A stretch of 64,000 nucleotides of DNA from Promethearchaeota archaeon (GCA_019057865.1 JAHLWP010000006.1:1-64000), one strand, 5' to 3'; shown: positions 19,322 to 31,090, counted from the stretch's first letter. Notes: generated from the sequence alone by a model not told the origin. Program-made: numbers and translations.

Positions 19322-20005
19322 TTAAGGTTTTTTCTTTCGCATACTACGTGGATAATTCGCAAATAAACTCTCAAAGTGTTTTTGGAATCTTTCAGCATGT
19401 TCGGCAGAAATAATGTTAGGTTCACCTATTTGTAATGCGCCCCAATACATTTTTGCAAGTTTTTCTACCAATTCAGCAAATTTTACTGCATGTCCTAAAG
19501 ATTTTCCACAAATAATTACTCCATGATTAGCTAATAACGCAGCATTCTTCATACCTAATGCTTGAAGAGCTGTTTCTCCGATCTCATCTGTGTGAGCTTT
19601 TCCAAATGGAGCAACATCAACAGAACCACCTAAGAAGACAACTTGCTCTTCCATTATTATAGGTATATTTTTTCTTACAATGGATAGTGTTGTAGCAAAA
19701 ATCGAATGCGTATGAATTACACATTGTACTTTTGGTCGAGAATTATAAATAGCTATATGAAGCTTTATTTCAGTTGATGGAAGTTTTTTGGCGCTTATTG
19801 TTGTACCATCAAGACTCATATGAACGATATCGTCTATTTTTAAAGTATTATATTGATTAAAAGAGGGAGTAATGAAAAATTCATCTTTTTTAACATTTCG
19901 TATGCTGATATTTCCTTCTCCAGCCTCAACTAAACCTTTATTGAAAATTGCTTTTGCTCCTTCAACTAATTCGGACCTAAGTTGATCTTCCTTACTTATT
20001 ACCAT
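19322..20005 (-). CDS. Class II aldolase/adducin family (fuculose-phosphate aldolase-like)
   Basis: GNISIR, PSTEIKLH, HTHS, LANHG. Confidence 0.9.
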   Translation of the reverse strand: MVISKEDQLRSELVEGAKAIFNKGLVEAGEGNISIRNVKKDEFFITPSFNQYNTLKIDDIVHMSLDGTTISAKKLPSTEIKLHIAIYNSRPKVQCVIHTHSIFATTLSIVRKNIPIIMEEQVVFLGGSVDVAPFGKAHTDEIGETALQALGMKNAALLANHGVIICGKSLGHAVKFAELVEKLAKMYWGALQIGEPNIISAEHAERFQKHFESLFANYPRSMRKKKP

Positions 20006-20189
20006 AAATTTTATAATTAAAACTGAGTTAAAAATATATTTTGAAAATTTAAAGATAATGTTCTATAATAATTTGAGTTTAAAGAAACATATTAAAAATT
20101 TTTAATAGTCTTTATTTTTAAATCTATTCTGGTAATACCTAAATTGTCATATTTAATGTTTGAAAGATTTTAATTTTTAATTTAAAATA

Positions 20190-21281
20190 ATGACTACTAT
20201 AATTTTACATTGCGATTTAGATTGTTTTTTTGCTGCTGTGGAGATTAGGGATAATCCAGAATATAGAGGAAAACCAGTGATTATCGGAGCAGATCCAAAG
20301 GAAGGTAAAGGAAGGGGTGTAGTAGCAACATGTTCATATGAAGCCCGTGAATTTGGACTTCATTCTGCTATGCCAATTTCTCAAGCATATAAATTATGTC
20401 CACATGGTATATATTTAAGACCTAATTCCTATAAATATAAAGATTCCTCAGATAGGATTCATGCTATTTTAAGAGGTTACGCTCCTGATCATTATCAAAA
20501 AGTTGGATCAGATGAGGCATATTTAGACGTTACAGATATTTGTACTAATTTTCAGGAAGCTAAAGATTTAGCTGATGATATTAGAGAAGAAATATATAAA
20601 AAAGTTGGAATAACAATTTCAATTGGTTGTGCTCATACAAAATCTCTTGCAAAAATCGCTTCAGATTATAATAAACCTAACGGTACAACTGTGGTTACTC
20701 CTGAAAATATGTTAGAATTCCTCAAACCAATGGATATAACAAGAATTCCGGGTATAGGGAAAAAATCTAAGAAATATTTTAATAATAAAGGTATTAAAAC
20801 GATTGGTGATATAATTAGAACACCCTTACATAAAATGATTGAACTTTTTGGAAAACATGGGAAGTGGATTTGGAATATAGCTCATGGAATTGATAATAGA
20901 GAAGTAAAAGAATTTGATGAAGCAAGAAAATCAATCAGTAAAGAAAGGACTTTTTATGAGGATACAGATAACTTCCAAATCATTTTAGAAAAAATGGAAG
21001 AGATAAATAACAAAATTCATAAAACTTTAGAAAATAATGATATTTATTACCGTACTATAACATTAAAAATAAGATTTGAAGGATTTTTAACATATACTAG
21101 AGCAAAAACCCTTCCAATTCCGATAAGAGATAAAAATAAAGCATTAAACATTGTTTTAGTTTTATATAAGGAATTTAAAGATAATAACAAGAAAGTAAGG
21201 TTAATAGGGATAAAGTTTTCGAATTTTCAACAAAATTCAAAGATTAAACAAATGCGTCTAATTAACTTTGCAGTTTCTTGA
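20190..21281 (+). CDS. dinB: DNA polymerase IV (Y family)
   Basis: HCDLDCFFAAVE, CSYEAREFG, SDEAYLD, AKIASDYNKPNG. Confidence 0.95.
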   Translation: MTTIILHCDLDCFFAAVEIRDNPEYRGKPVIIGADPKEGKGRGVVATCSYEAREFGLHSAMPISQAYKLCPHGIYLRPNSYKYKDSSDRIHAILRGYAPDHYQKVGSDEAYLDVTDICTNFQEAKDLADDIREEIYKKVGITISIGCAHTKSLAKIASDYNKPNGTTVVTPENMLEFLKPMDITRIPGIGKKSKKYFNNKGIKTIGDIIRTPLHKMIELFGKHGKWIWNIAHGIDNREVKEFDEARKSISKERTFYEDTDNFQIILEKMEEINNKIHKTLENNDIYYRTITLKIRFEGFLTYTRAKTLPIPIRDKNKALNIVLVLYKEFKDNNKKVRLIGIKFSNFQQNSKIKQMRLINFAVS

Positions 21282-22176
21282 GATGATTTACAACTTTATC
21301 ATGAATGATATTATTAGAAGCTATAACTGCTGGTTCACTCCACCTTAAAGCATCACCTTCAAACCAAATTGGTCTATTACTTGAATCAGTTACTTTTCCT
21401 CCTGCTTCTCTTACTATCAAATAACCTGGTAAAAAGTCCCATGTATAAGAATGTTCTAGATCAATTGGTTTAATATATAAATCAGCACTAGCATCAGCGA
21501 TTTTACAGAACTTCAGCATACTGTCTATTCTTATTAATTTATTGATTCCTACTTTTTTCGCAAATTCTAAAACCCATGGTTTGTTATAATGCAATGAAAG
21601 ACATAATACAGTATCTTTTAACGAATCTTGATTACTTACTGTTATTTTTTTAAAATCTTTTTCTCCATATGATGCATAAGCACCTTTACCTTTTACTGCA
21701 GAAAATATTGCCAATCCTTCATCATTATAATTTGGAACAGAAATAGCACACGTTTTAGGTTCAGATTCCACCATAAATCCAATTCCAATTGCATAAGAAA
21801 GACCCTCAATATATCCTTGAGTTCCATCTATAGGATCTATACACCATTCACTATTGGATTCTGGTCCTGAATAATTAACCATATCATGGAGGTTATTTAT
21901 GTCTATTTCTAAGTCTGAAAAGCATTTAGTTATGATATTCTCGGTTTTTGAATTAATAAATGAACCCTCTTCTTCAGCAATTATTTTATCTTCAGGAAAA
22001 AATTCTTTAATTTTTGAAATAATATAAATTTGAGTTGCTAAATCAGCAAGAGTCACAGGGGTTTCATCTTGTTTTTCGAAATAATCGAAACCTTTCTTCT
22101 TAAACCATTCAGGTATTTTACATGCTTTTTTAACTAGATCAATAGCTAATTCAGATTCTTTATTGTACATATTCAT
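21262..22176 (-). CDS. Inositol monophosphatase family, HAL2/CysQ-like 3'(2'),5'-bisphosphate nucleotidase
   Basis: PVTLAD, AEEE, DPIDGT, WD...IVREAGG. Confidence 0.8.
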   Translation of the reverse strand: MNMYNKESELAIDLVKKACKIPEWFKKKGFDYFEKQDETPVTLADLATQIYIISKIKEFFPEDKIIAEEEGSFINSKTENIITKCFSDLEIDINNLHDMVNYSGPESNSEWCIDPIDGTQGYIEGLSYAIGIGFMVESEPKTCAISVPNYNDEGLAIFSAVKGKGAYASYGEKDFKKITVSNQDSLKDTVLCLSLHYNKPWVLEFAKKVGINKLIRIDSMLKFCKIADASADLYIKPIDLEHSYTWDFLPGYLIVREAGGKVTDSSNRPIWFEGDALRWSEPAVIASNNIIHDKVVNHLKKLQS

Positions 22177-22239
22177 ATTTCAAATAATGCAAAATTCTAA
22201 AAAATTATACTGATAATGATTATTAATTGTACTCAACTT

Positions 22240-23088
22240 TCAATCTTCTTTAATCAACTTAAATTTTTCAAAATTCATCGTTTCCAGATCTATGATTACA
22301 TAGATTAAGTGATTTTCATGTTGGTGTGATTGTCCAGGTTGAATACAAATAGTTTTTCCTATAGATGATTTCCACCTTCCTGAAACTTCTGGGCTTTCAT
22401 GAATATGACCATGAAAAGAAAGGAAGGGCTGATTTTTCTTTATAAACTCATAAACAGCAATAGATCCTACTTTTCGACCATCATGGCATACATCAAGTCC
22501 TATATTACTAGGTGGCATGTGAATTATATAAATAGTTTTTTTCATATTATCTGGTTTGATCAATTGATTCACTTCATCCTCAATTGTAGAAAGAGTTTTT
22601 ATGTATGACGACCAATCTTCAATTTTTTTCCACCCATTTGGATTAGAGATGTATTGCTTCCCAATTTGTTTTGGTAATTTAAAATCTCTGTTATCCATCC
22701 TTGCCCTATCTTTGAGTCCAAAAGGAAGATCAGTCACCCAGTTCATACCGATGAACTCATAATCATAATCTTCAATTTGGAATTTTTTTTGGGCGATATT
22801 GGTTATATAAGGATATTTTTCGCAAATATCTTCAAATAGAGTGTCAAATATTATGCAGTCATCATTGCCTAGTAAGCTAATAAAATATATTTTTAATAAT
22901 TCAAATCGAGAAAAGTATTCATCAAGAAAATCAATAATAAATTTATCTTGATGTAATAAATTACCTCTAAACGTAAGCATATCCCCCCCATTTATTACAA
23001 TATCTACCTTTAAAGACTTAGCTTCATGAAAAATCCTTTCATATTTCCATTTAATTCCATGTAAGTCTGTTACGTATAGTATCTTCAT
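22240..23088 (-). CDS. Icc-related metallophosphoesterase
   Basis: TDLHG, GGD, GNDD, HMPP, HGHIHE. Confidence 0.85.
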   Translation of the reverse strand: MKILYVTDLHGIKWKYERIFHEAKSLKVDIVINGGDMLTFRGNLLHQDKFIIDFLDEYFSRFELLKIYFISLLGNDDCIIFDTLFEDICEKYPYITNIAQKKFQIEDYDYEFIGMNWVTDLPFGLKDRARMDNRDFKLPKQIGKQYISNPNGWKKIEDWSSYIKTLSTIEDEVNQLIKPDNMKKTIYIIHMPPSNIGLDVCHDGRKVGSIAVYEFIKKNQPFLSFHGHIHESPEVSGRWKSSIGKTICIQPGQSHQHENHLIYVIIDLETMNFEKFKLIKED

Positions 23089-23227
23089 TTAAAAAACCTG
23101 ATTTTAGAAATGTTATATAATATGAAAGGTTCTCTCTATTTTTTAAGATCTAATAAATTAAAAGAATTAGCTTAGTAATTAATATAAATTTTTTCATTTA
23201 GTTGTTCAATAGAATTGCTTTATTAAA

Positions 23228-25312
23228 TTATATAATTAGAAGTTTTTTCATTTCATTTACATAATCAATCGTCAAGGAAAATGTATCAGCTAATATTTTA
23301 GCTTGGTCAGTTCTATTTTTTATATCGAATTCAATATTAAATTCTTTCAAAAGCCATAATAACTTATACATTTCAATTTTTTTCATAAAATCTTTGTCAA
23401 TTTTATAATATTGTGAGTAGCCTTCATAAAAAGCATTTTTAAAATTGTACTTCTCCAAGTTTTTTAATGTTAAATATTCTAGTTTAACAAAATCTTGTGC
23501 TCTGCAACCAATACACCAATCATCAAAATCTATTAATCCGCTTATTCGAAAATTGGCAGGTTCTTCTTTCACGATAATATTTTGACCTTTAAAATCATTA
23601 TGTAATAAAGTAAAATCAAACTCATCTTCAATTAACGCTTGATTGTCTCTGTAATAATCCTTAATTTCTTTTATGAAATTTAATTTATGCCTTTTAGCAT
23701 CTTGAATTTCAACTTCCAATTTTTTATTAAATATCTCTGAAAGTGAATCTTTTTTCTTACCAATATCTTTTACATTTTCATAATAAGAGTCAAAATTTAT
23801 TTTATGCAGTTTTCCTAAAATTATTCCTAAGTCCTTAAATAAATTTGGAAATTTTGTTTTCCTTAAAATAATTTCTTCACTTAAATATTGTCTTAAATAC
23901 CAAATTAATGGTTTTCCGTTAATATAATCTTGTACTGTGAAGACGTATGGAACAGTCTCTTTAGTTTCATCGTAATAAATCAAATTTCCTACAGGAACAG
24001 TAGGAGGATTATCTTTATGGAAAATATAAGCCCCTATTTTACTTGATACAATACTATTTACCTGACCTGTGAGATTGTCTGTATCTCCGCTTAAGGTTCC
24101 ATCTAAAAATGGATATAATAATTTTTCTTTAACGATATTTTCAAATGGAAAGTTTTCACAAGTTCGAAATCTAAAAATTAAATGACTATTTTCAAAATTT
24201 ACTCTATAAATTGTATTTATTGTGGCATCAAATGGACCTATTATTTTTTTTAACTTTCCTTGTTCAATTAGAACATCTACATTAGAGAATGTTTTAATAA
24301 TCTCCTTAAATTGATATAGATCTTTTTTCCCTAAGAAATATAACTGATAAATTTGTTTTTGGTTAATTAAGTAATTTATAGTGGCTTCTATTCTTCCTTT
24401 TGTTATCTCATCAATGTCTATTTGAAGGTCAGGAGAAATCAAATCAATCTCTTTTATAGGATTAGTTAATCTTTCTTTGTAGAGATGAAGAAAAGCATAT
24501 TTTAATCCACGTCTTTCTTTTCCTTCATTTATTTTAAAATCATAAATCTTATTTCTGATATCATTTATTTGATCTTGTAATTGATGAACTTCTAATATAT
24601 TATCTTCAAGAGCAAAATAGTATAATTTTGAGCTTAGATTTATTAAATTACCAATACTAGATACTATTCCACTAAATTCTCTTTTTCCTAATGAAATTAA
24701 TTGGAAAAAATTTTGAAAATTGGCCTCCATCCCACAATGAACTGAAAAATCATAATCTAGTAATTGAATATAGGATTTGCAATTTTTGATGTTATAAAAA
24801 GAATCATTTAATCCTCTTAGATTTGGGAAATCTTTTAAATTATGTAATATTTCAGGGTCAATCTCATTTCCAGCAAATTGATCGGGATTGTTGTGCAAAT
24901 AAATATGGTTTTTAAAATTGATTGACTCAAATATATCTTCAAAATATGATTTTAGACTCTGATCAGAAATTTTTTCAGAAAACGGTGGACTAATTAAAAA
25001 ATTGATATCATTAAATTTTTTTGCTAATTCTTCCATTTGATTTATTAAATCCTCGGTTTCATTGCTATAAACTCCAACTAGAATCGGATTTTTTCTTCCT
25101 GAGGCCTCAAGTGCTAAATTAATAAGCTTAATTTTCTGTTCTAATTTATCTGAAAAAATTATTCCCTCTCCCGTAGTTCCAAAAAGAATAAACGAATCAG
25201 CTCCATTTGTTAGTATGTGCCGAATTAAAAGAGAATTTAATTCTTCATTGATTTCAAAATTTTTATCATAGAATATTATTGTATCACAAATAGCACCACT
25301 AACAGTTTGCAT
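23228..25312 (-). CDS. DapA-like TIM barrel fused to an APH/choline-kinase-family phosphotransferase
   Basis: N-terminal GTTGE; C-terminal LGKLH, LLHNDFKGQNI, GLIDFD. Confidence 0.75.
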   Translation of the reverse strand: MQTVSGAICDTIIFYDKNFEINEELNSLLIRHILTNGADSFILFGTTGEGIIFSDKLEQKIKLINLALEASGRKNPILVGVYSNETEDLINQMEELAKKFNDINFLISPPFSEKISDQSLKSYFEDIFESINFKNHIYLHNNPDQFAGNEIDPEILHNLKDFPNLRGLNDSFYNIKNCKSYIQLLDYDFSVHCGMEANFQNFFQLISLGKREFSGIVSSIGNLINLSSKLYYFALEDNILEVHQLQDQINDIRNKIYDFKINEGKERRGLKYAFLHLYKERLTNPIKEIDLISPDLQIDIDEITKGRIEATINYLINQKQIYQLYFLGKKDLYQFKEIIKTFSNVDVLIEQGKLKKIIGPFDATINTIYRVNFENSHLIFRFRTCENFPFENIVKEKLLYPFLDGTLSGDTDNLTGQVNSIVSSKIGAYIFHKDNPPTVPVGNLIYYDETKETVPYVFTVQDYINGKPLIWYLRQYLSEEIILRKTKFPNLFKDLGIILGKLHKINFDSYYENVKDIGKKKDSLSEIFNKKLEVEIQDAKRHKLNFIKEIKDYYRDNQALIEDEFDFTLLHNDFKGQNIIVKEEPANFRISGLIDFDDWCIGCRAQDFVKLEYLTLKNLEKYNFKNAFYEGYSQYYKIDKDFMKKIEMYKLLWLLKEFNIEFDIKNRTDQAKILADTFSLTIDYVNEMKKLLII

Positions 25313-25512
25313 TTCTAAACCCTTCAGTTGATTATACTAAAAAAGAAACTTTGATCTATTTTATAATTTGGAAGATTTAGGATTTTTCAATTAATATATT
25401 ATTATGTTTTCAAATAATAATATTTTATTTTATTTTATAAAATTAAAATATAATTAATTCTCTTGATAATAATCATTTATTAGATTTAAATTTTTGATTT
25501 TAGGGGTCCAAA

Positions 25513-26238
25513 ATTTTTTGTAAAATTGATGATAAAGATATTCCACTTGTTATTACGGGAACTAGTCCATTCATAGGAGCAGGTCAATTTGGATTTAAAG
25601 GACTTGAGTGGCATCAAAAATTTTTAAATAATCCGGATAAAATGCTGGAAATTTTAGAAACAAGTTATCAAGCTGGTGCACGAGGGATTGAAGTTATTCC
25701 AACAGGGAAAATCCTAGATGCTGCAAAAATTATGATAGATACTTATAGTGATTATGTTATTACAGGATCAACTTATCCAGGAATAGATCCTAAAATTGAA
25801 GCACTTATAGAAAATGGTGCCAAATTAATATTTGTTCACGCAATTATCTCAGATAGAAAAGACAAAATAATGACTAAACTTTTAGATGCTATTTCGAATC
25901 GCGGAATAATTCCTGGGATTGCAACACATGAACCAGTATCAATGATAAGATATGTAATAGAAAATAATTTAAATGTAAGAGTGTTTTTAATACCTTTTAA
26001 TGCAAACCGAGTATTTATGGGTAATGCTAAGGAATTAGAAGAAATTGTTGACAATACAAAAGATTACCATTTTATAGGAATGAAGACTTTAGCTGCTGGA
26101 GCAATTATCCCTAAAATTGCATTCAATTATATTTCTAGGCATAATATAACTGCTGTTACTATTGGAATGGTAACAAAACAAAAAGCAGAAGAATCTACTA
26201 AAATTGCTTTAAAAGCATTAAGTAATAAAAAAGCATAA
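25513..26238 (+). CDS. Aldo/keto-reductase-like TIM-barrel protein (probable ATT start)
   Basis: The frame is open from 25504. The conserved-looking GTSPFIGAGQFG lies upstream of the first ATG (25642). GMKTLAAG is present. Confidence 0.65.
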   Translation: MFCKIDDKDIPLVITGTSPFIGAGQFGFKGLEWHQKFLNNPDKMLEILETSYQAGARGIEVIPTGKILDAAKIMIDTYSDYVITGSTYPGIDPKIEALIENGAKLIFVHAIISDRKDKIMTKLLDAISNRGIIPGIATHEPVSMIRYVIENNLNVRVFLIPFNANRVFMGNAKELEEIVDNTKDYHFIGMKTLAAGAIIPKIAFNYISRHNITAVTIGMVTKQKAEESTKIALKALSNKKA

Positions 26239-26265
26239 TTAGATTTTTTTAGATTCTTTAATTTA

Positions 26266-26898
26266 TTATTTCAAATACTTCCTAACTATCTCTCCCCTTG
26301 GTTCTTTTTCCTCAAACAATATTGCTTGAAAAGAATATATTTTTGTATCCTTCATTTTCCATGCATCTTCAGGTAACCATGCTTTCATACATGTATGTGA
26401 AAGAAATGTTTCAACATCCCAATTTCTGTCATGATCTACTGGGACTTGGGGAAGTAGTAATCCTCTTCTCATCCCTCTTTCAGCTATAAGACCATCTCTA
26501 CCTAGTACAATTTTATCAAGATATTCTTTTGGATCATTTACATCTAATAATTTAGGGGGTGTTAATATAGATAATTCAATTATTATATCATCCATTTCTT
26601 CAATAGTTACAGAAGGAAATCGTGGATCCTCTATAGCTGAACTAATTGAAACCTTATGAATCACATCATATAAAGAATATGTTGGTTCTATGTAACCGAT
26701 ACACCCCCTTAAGGTATTTCCACTAATATCAAATCTATTTAAGGTCACAAATGCTCCAAACATTTCTCCAAATTTATTCTTCATTTCTTGAGGAATGGGG
26801 ATTCTTCTATTATTTTTCAAAAAATATTCGATATTTTCACGAGCAAACCTGATAAGTAGCTTACCATCTTCAATACTAAATTTTTCATCATTAGTCAT
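26266..26898 (-). CDS. AMMECR1 family protein (TIGR00296)
   Basis: GAFVTL, LRGCIG, DPRF, GLLLPQV. Confidence 0.92.
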   Translation of the reverse strand: MTNDEKFSIEDGKLLIRFARENIEYFLKNNRRIPIPQEMKNKFGEMFGAFVTLNRFDISGNTLRGCIGYIEPTYSLYDVIHKVSISSAIEDPRFPSVTIEEMDDIIIELSILTPPKLLDVNDPKEYLDKIVLGRDGLIAERGMRRGLLLPQVPVDHDRNWDVETFLSHTCMKAWLPEDAWKMKDTKIYSFQAILFEEKEPRGEIVRKYLK

Positions 26899-26957
26899 TT
26901 TCTTGCCACCAATATTCTTTATTCTATTTTTTATTATGTTATTTATACATTTATATT

Positions 26958-28352
26958 TTATAACGATCTTTTTATTACTTTTCCTATTGGTTCAATAGCT
27001 TCAACATTTATTTCGATTCCACTTAAAAATACTTTCCAAATTTGAACTGATGTTTTTAAACTTTCGAATGGTGAATATTTAGCTTTACTTTTGAACTTTT
27101 TAGAATTTATGGTATATTCGGGAATTTTTCCCACAATAATCAAATCAGCGTCGTATCCTTCTTTTATTGACCCTTTATTTATTAAATTAAATTTTTTAGC
27201 GGGATTTTCAGATGCACATTTTACAAAATTCTCTAAAGGAAGTTGGTATTGAAAAACTTTATTAAGTAATAATAGTGGATATGTTTCAAAACCTGGAAAA
27301 CCAGATGGTGCACTAGCATATTGTTGAGATTTTTCCTCTAAAGTATGTGGTGCGTGATCTGTTCCAATCAATTCGATATTTCCATTTTCAAGTTCATTAA
27401 ATAAGAATTTAGGATGTTTCTCATCTCTTAAAGGTGGTAGTACTTTACCATAGTTGTCATTTTCTAGATTTAAATTATTTGATAAAAGTAAATGATGAGG
27501 AGTAATTTCAAAAGAAATTTTAAATTTCCTTTCAGAACCTAAAGTTTCTTTTATTACACGATAACTATTTTTACAACTTATATGACAAAAATGAATAATT
27601 GGGTATTTTTCTGGAGTTAATTTATTATCGCTAATAGTTTTTTTATATTGATTTATAATAAATTTAACGTAATTTTCCTCCATATTAACAGAATGTAATT
27701 TATTATGAAAATCTAAAACATTTTTTCCTTTATTTTTAAATTCTTCAACTTTTTTTTCTTTTTCAGAATCAGAGATCGGCCAATCTGAATGTATAAATAT
27801 TGGAATCTTAAATCTAGAAGAAATAATTAAGATAGATTGGATATTACATGGGTCTTTCCAATCTATTTCGTTTAATGAGTCAAGTGGATAAATTTTAAAT
27901 CCAATAACCCCTAAATCTATAATTTTTTTTATTTCATCCTCATCAATTCCTTTAGGAACCCCTGCAATAAATCCGACATTAACATAAATATTGTTTTCTG
28001 CTCTTTTTATCCACTTTTTAATTTGTTCTGTATTGATAGCAGGAGGTTTTGTATTTGGCATATTAAACACAGTTGTTATGCCAGAGAAAGCTGCTGCTTT
28101 TGTTCCAGTTATAAAAGTCTCCTTTTCGCTTTGTCCCATATCTCGTAAATGAGAATGAATATCTATTATTCCTGGTAAAATTAATTTATTTTGACAATCA
28201 ATTTCTTTTTTATCTTCATTTTTTTCAACTAAATTTTTGTAATCTTTTTCGCTCAGGTTAAATTTAATTGAATGTATTAAGCCTTTATTAATGAGAAGAG
28301 CTCCCTTACGTATTAAGCCATCAGTATAAATTTTTACATTTTTAAGAATCAT
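26958..28352 (-). CDS. pyrC: Dihydroorotase (amidohydrolase)
   Basis: PGIIDIHSHLR, MPNTKP, EITPHHL, PPLR, GTDHAPH. Confidence 0.85.
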   Translation of the reverse strand: MILKNVKIYTDGLIRKGALLINKGLIHSIKFNLSEKDYKNLVEKNEDKKEIDCQNKLILPGIIDIHSHLRDMGQSEKETFITGTKAAAFSGITTVFNMPNTKPPAINTEQIKKWIKRAENNIYVNVGFIAGVPKGIDEDEIKKIIDLGVIGFKIYPLDSLNEIDWKDPCNIQSILIISSRFKIPIFIHSDWPISDSEKEKKVEEFKNKGKNVLDFHNKLHSVNMEENYVKFIINQYKKTISDNKLTPEKYPIIHFCHISCKNSYRVIKETLGSERKFKISFEITPHHLLLSNNLNLENDNYGKVLPPLRDEKHPKFLFNELENGNIELIGTDHAPHTLEEKSQQYASAPSGFPGFETYPLLLLNKVFQYQLPLENFVKCASENPAKKFNLINKGSIKEGYDADLIIVGKIPEYTINSKKFKSKAKYSPFESLKTSVQIWKVFLSGIEINVEAIEPIGKVIKRSL

Positions 28353-28359
28353 ACGATTT

Positions 28360-29016
28360 TTAAATATAGATTTGTTGATCAATTTGAAAATTAATATATA
28401 AAATTTTATTTTCTACTCCTTCAATTTTTAAAAGATTTCCACATTTAATATTTTTCAACTTCTCAAATAGTTCTACAACATCAGAATTATCTTTTGATAT
28501 AGTATAAGTTGGCATAATAAATAATAACTCACTTAGATTACCTAAAGTCTCATTACTGAAGATCATAAAATCACATTCTTCTCTAGAATATTGATCACTA
28601 TCCAATATTAAATAACAGTTTCCCGTTAAAATTGATTTTAAAAAAGCGTAAAAATCGTTGTTATCCTTAAAACTTCTAACAAAAATTCCAGGGGTTGATT
28701 TTATCCATGCTTTATATATAAGACTTTTATATTGGTTAGCCATGTCAATTGCCTTTTTTAGAAGTAATGCTTGAGATCTTTCATCTGGTCCTAAATATTT
28801 TAATTTTTCTCCTTTAAATTGTATTAACAAATGTTCATTTTGAAAATATAAATAGAGATTATTGTATTTCCTAATTGAATAAGATAAACAAAATGTTTCT
28901 CTAATACATGAACAGAGTTTATATATTTCTAAAGGTGTCTTTCCTTTATCAATTTCGCTTTTTGAGTAAGTAGTTATATTTTTGACAAATAATAGGAAAT
29001 TAACCAATTTTATCAA
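28360..29016 (-). CDS. TrmY-like SPOUT methyltransferase (divergent)
   Basis: FCLSYSIRK, LGPDERSQALLLKKA, STPGIFV; next to srp54. Confidence 0.6.
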   Translation of the reverse strand: MIKLVNFLLFVKNITTYSKSEIDKGKTPLEIYKLCSCIRETFCLSYSIRKYNNLYLYFQNEHLLIQFKGEKLKYLGPDERSQALLLKKAIDMANQYKSLIYKAWIKSTPGIFVRSFKDNNDFYAFLKSILTGNCYLILDSDQYSREECDFMIFSNETLGNLSELLFIMPTYTISKDNSDVVELFEKLKNIKCGNLLKIEGVENKILYINFQIDQQIYI

Positions 29017-29038
29017 GAGAGCCTATTAATATATAAAT

Positions 29039-30400
29039 TTATAAACCTCCAAATTGTTTGAATAATTGATCAAAACCAGGAGGGAGTTTAGGACCTCCTT
29101 TTCCACCTTTCTTCCTCATTTGCATGAATCTTTTCATAAACTTTTTCATTTGATTATATTGATCAAGCATCTTGTTTATTACTGAATATTCTACGCCAGA
29201 TCCAATTGAAATCCTTCTTTTTCGAGTCTTTTTAATAATTTTTGGATTTTCTTTTTCTTGTTGTGTCATAGAATTAAGTACCACTTCCCATTTTTCTAAA
29301 CCCTTTTCCATATCGTCTTTTAGAACATCTGGAATATTTCCTGCACCCATCATTGTAAGTATTTGCTTCATCTTCCCTACTTTCTTTATACTTTTAAGTT
29401 GTTCATAAAGATCTTCGAGTGTGAATTTTCCATGCATTAAACGCTTTATAGTTTCCTGATCTGGCATAACTTCTGCTTCTTGCACTTTTTGAATTAGCCC
29501 TTCAATATCTGGTACTCCCAATAAGGTTCCTACAAATTTTATTGGTTCAAATTCCTCAAATTCATCAATTTTCTCACCAATACCGATAAATCGAATACCA
29601 ACTCCTGTGGCTGCACAAGCAGATAAAGCGCCACCACCTTTAGCTGTACCATCCAATTTTGTAATTATGATACTTCCTAGATTCGTAGCCTTAGCAAATT
29701 CTTCTGCTTGAGAATAAGCCTGTTGTCCTAAAGTACCATCAATGACTAGAATTACTTCATTTGGCTTTAGAGATTGCTCTATTTTTGTTATTTCTTCCAT
29801 TAATTCCTTTTCTTCCTTATGTCTTCCAGCAGTGTCAACAATAATTATATCAAATCCTTCTAAAATCGCTTTTTTAGTTTCTTTAACAGCGATTTTTATA
29901 GAATTTTTTTCATTTGGATTCCCAAAACAGCGTACTCCGATTTTTTCAGTTAACTGCACAAGTTGTTCATATGCACCAGGGCGCCATGTATCAGAAGTAA
30001 CAGTGGCAACTTTAAAACCCTTAGCTAAATAGTATTTTGCTAACTTAGCCACTGTTGTTGTTTTTCCCGATCCTTGAATTCCAACTAGTAATATAACATT
30101 TTTTTTTCCTGGTTTTATCCTTATAGGAGCTGGTTTTCCACCTAAGATTTTTATTAATTCATCGTGAATTAATTTAATTATAAAATCTTTTCGCCTTGCT
30201 TTCTGCAGTTTAGTGTTCATTGCTTCCTTTTTAATATTCTCAGTCATTTCAAACACTAATTCAACTTTCACATCAGCGGAAAGCAAAGCTCTCTGTAGAT
30301 CTTGTATTAAAGCATTAATTGCATCTTTGTCAACTTGGGGTAATCGCCTTATTTTTCTAATTACATTATCCAAACTCCTGCCTAATTTCTCTAAAACCAT
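29039..30400 (-). CDS. srp54: Signal recognition particle protein SRP54
   Basis: [27 protein letters not shown], Met-rich M domain. Confidence 0.97.
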   Translation of the reverse strand: MVLEKLGRSLDNVIRKIRRLPQVDKDAINALIQDLQRALLSADVKVELVFEMTENIKKEAMNTKLQKARRKDFIIKLIHDELIKILGGKPAPIRIKPGKKNVILLVGIQGSGKTTTVAKLAKYYLAKGFKVATVTSDTWRPGAYEQLVQLTEKIGVRCFGNPNEKNSIKIAVKETKKAILEGFDIIIVDTAGRHKEEKELMEEITKIEQSLKPNEVILVIDGTLGQQAYSQAEEFAKATNLGSIIITKLDGTAKGGGALSACAATGVGIRFIGIGEKIDEFEEFEPIKFVGTLLGVPDIEGLIQKVQEAEVMPDQETIKRLMHGKFTLEDLYEQLKSIKKVGKMKQILTMMGAGNIPDVLKDDMEKGLEKWEVVLNSMTQQEKENPKIIKKTRKRRISIGSGVEYSVINKMLDQYNQMKKFMKRFMQMRKKGGKGGPKLPPGFDQLFKQFGGL

Positions 30401-30550
30401 AATTAACCTAAATCAGATTTTATCTCAATTATTTATAATTTTCAAAAAATAATATTTTTTTTGGAATAAAAATAATATTATATAAAAGAATAGAATTGTC
30501 TGAATTAAAAGTATTTTGATAAAAAAAACAATCCAAAGGTGTAAAAATAA

Positions 30551-30979
30551 TTGTCAATTAGAAGAACAGAAATACAGAAGCTAAAAACTGGACAATACAT
30601 CATGAATGAAGGTGAACCTTGTCAGATTAAGTCAACTGAGCGTTCAAAAAGTGGTAAACATGGTCATGCCAAGGTAAGAGTTGTATGTGTTGGCATATTT
30701 GATAATAATAAGAGATCTTTAACCTTTCCAAGTGGTTCGATGGTTGAGGTCCCAGAAATCATCAAAGGTAATGCTCAAATCAATTTTATCGAAGATAATT
30801 TAATTAATATCATGAATCTAGAAACTTATGAATCAATTGATATAGAATGGCCAAAAAACGAAGAATTAGTTGGTAAACTTAAAGAGTTACAAAAAGATCC
30901 AAATAAAATGTCAGCTTCTCAGATTGAATTTTGGCAACTTGCTGGTAAAACTCTGATCAATAGAGTTTTTCAAAATTAA
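30551..30979 (+). CDS. eif5a: Translation factor aIF5A/eIF5A
   Basis: Hypusine motif SKSGKHGHAK. Confidence 0.95.
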   Translation: MSIRRTEIQKLKTGQYIMNEGEPCQIKSTERSKSGKHGHAKVRVVCVGIFDNNKRSLTFPSGSMVEVPEIIKGNAQINFIEDNLINIMNLETYESIDIEWPKNEELVGKLKELQKDPNKMSASQIEFWQLAGKTLINRVFQN

Positions 30980-31090
30980 TCAAATTTTTTTTTGAATTCT
31001 TTCTAAATAGATCAAAAGTTTTATTTTCTTTAAAACCATAATTTTTTTGAGAATTAAACATAAATCAAAATTAGTTTTTGAAATTCTGAG

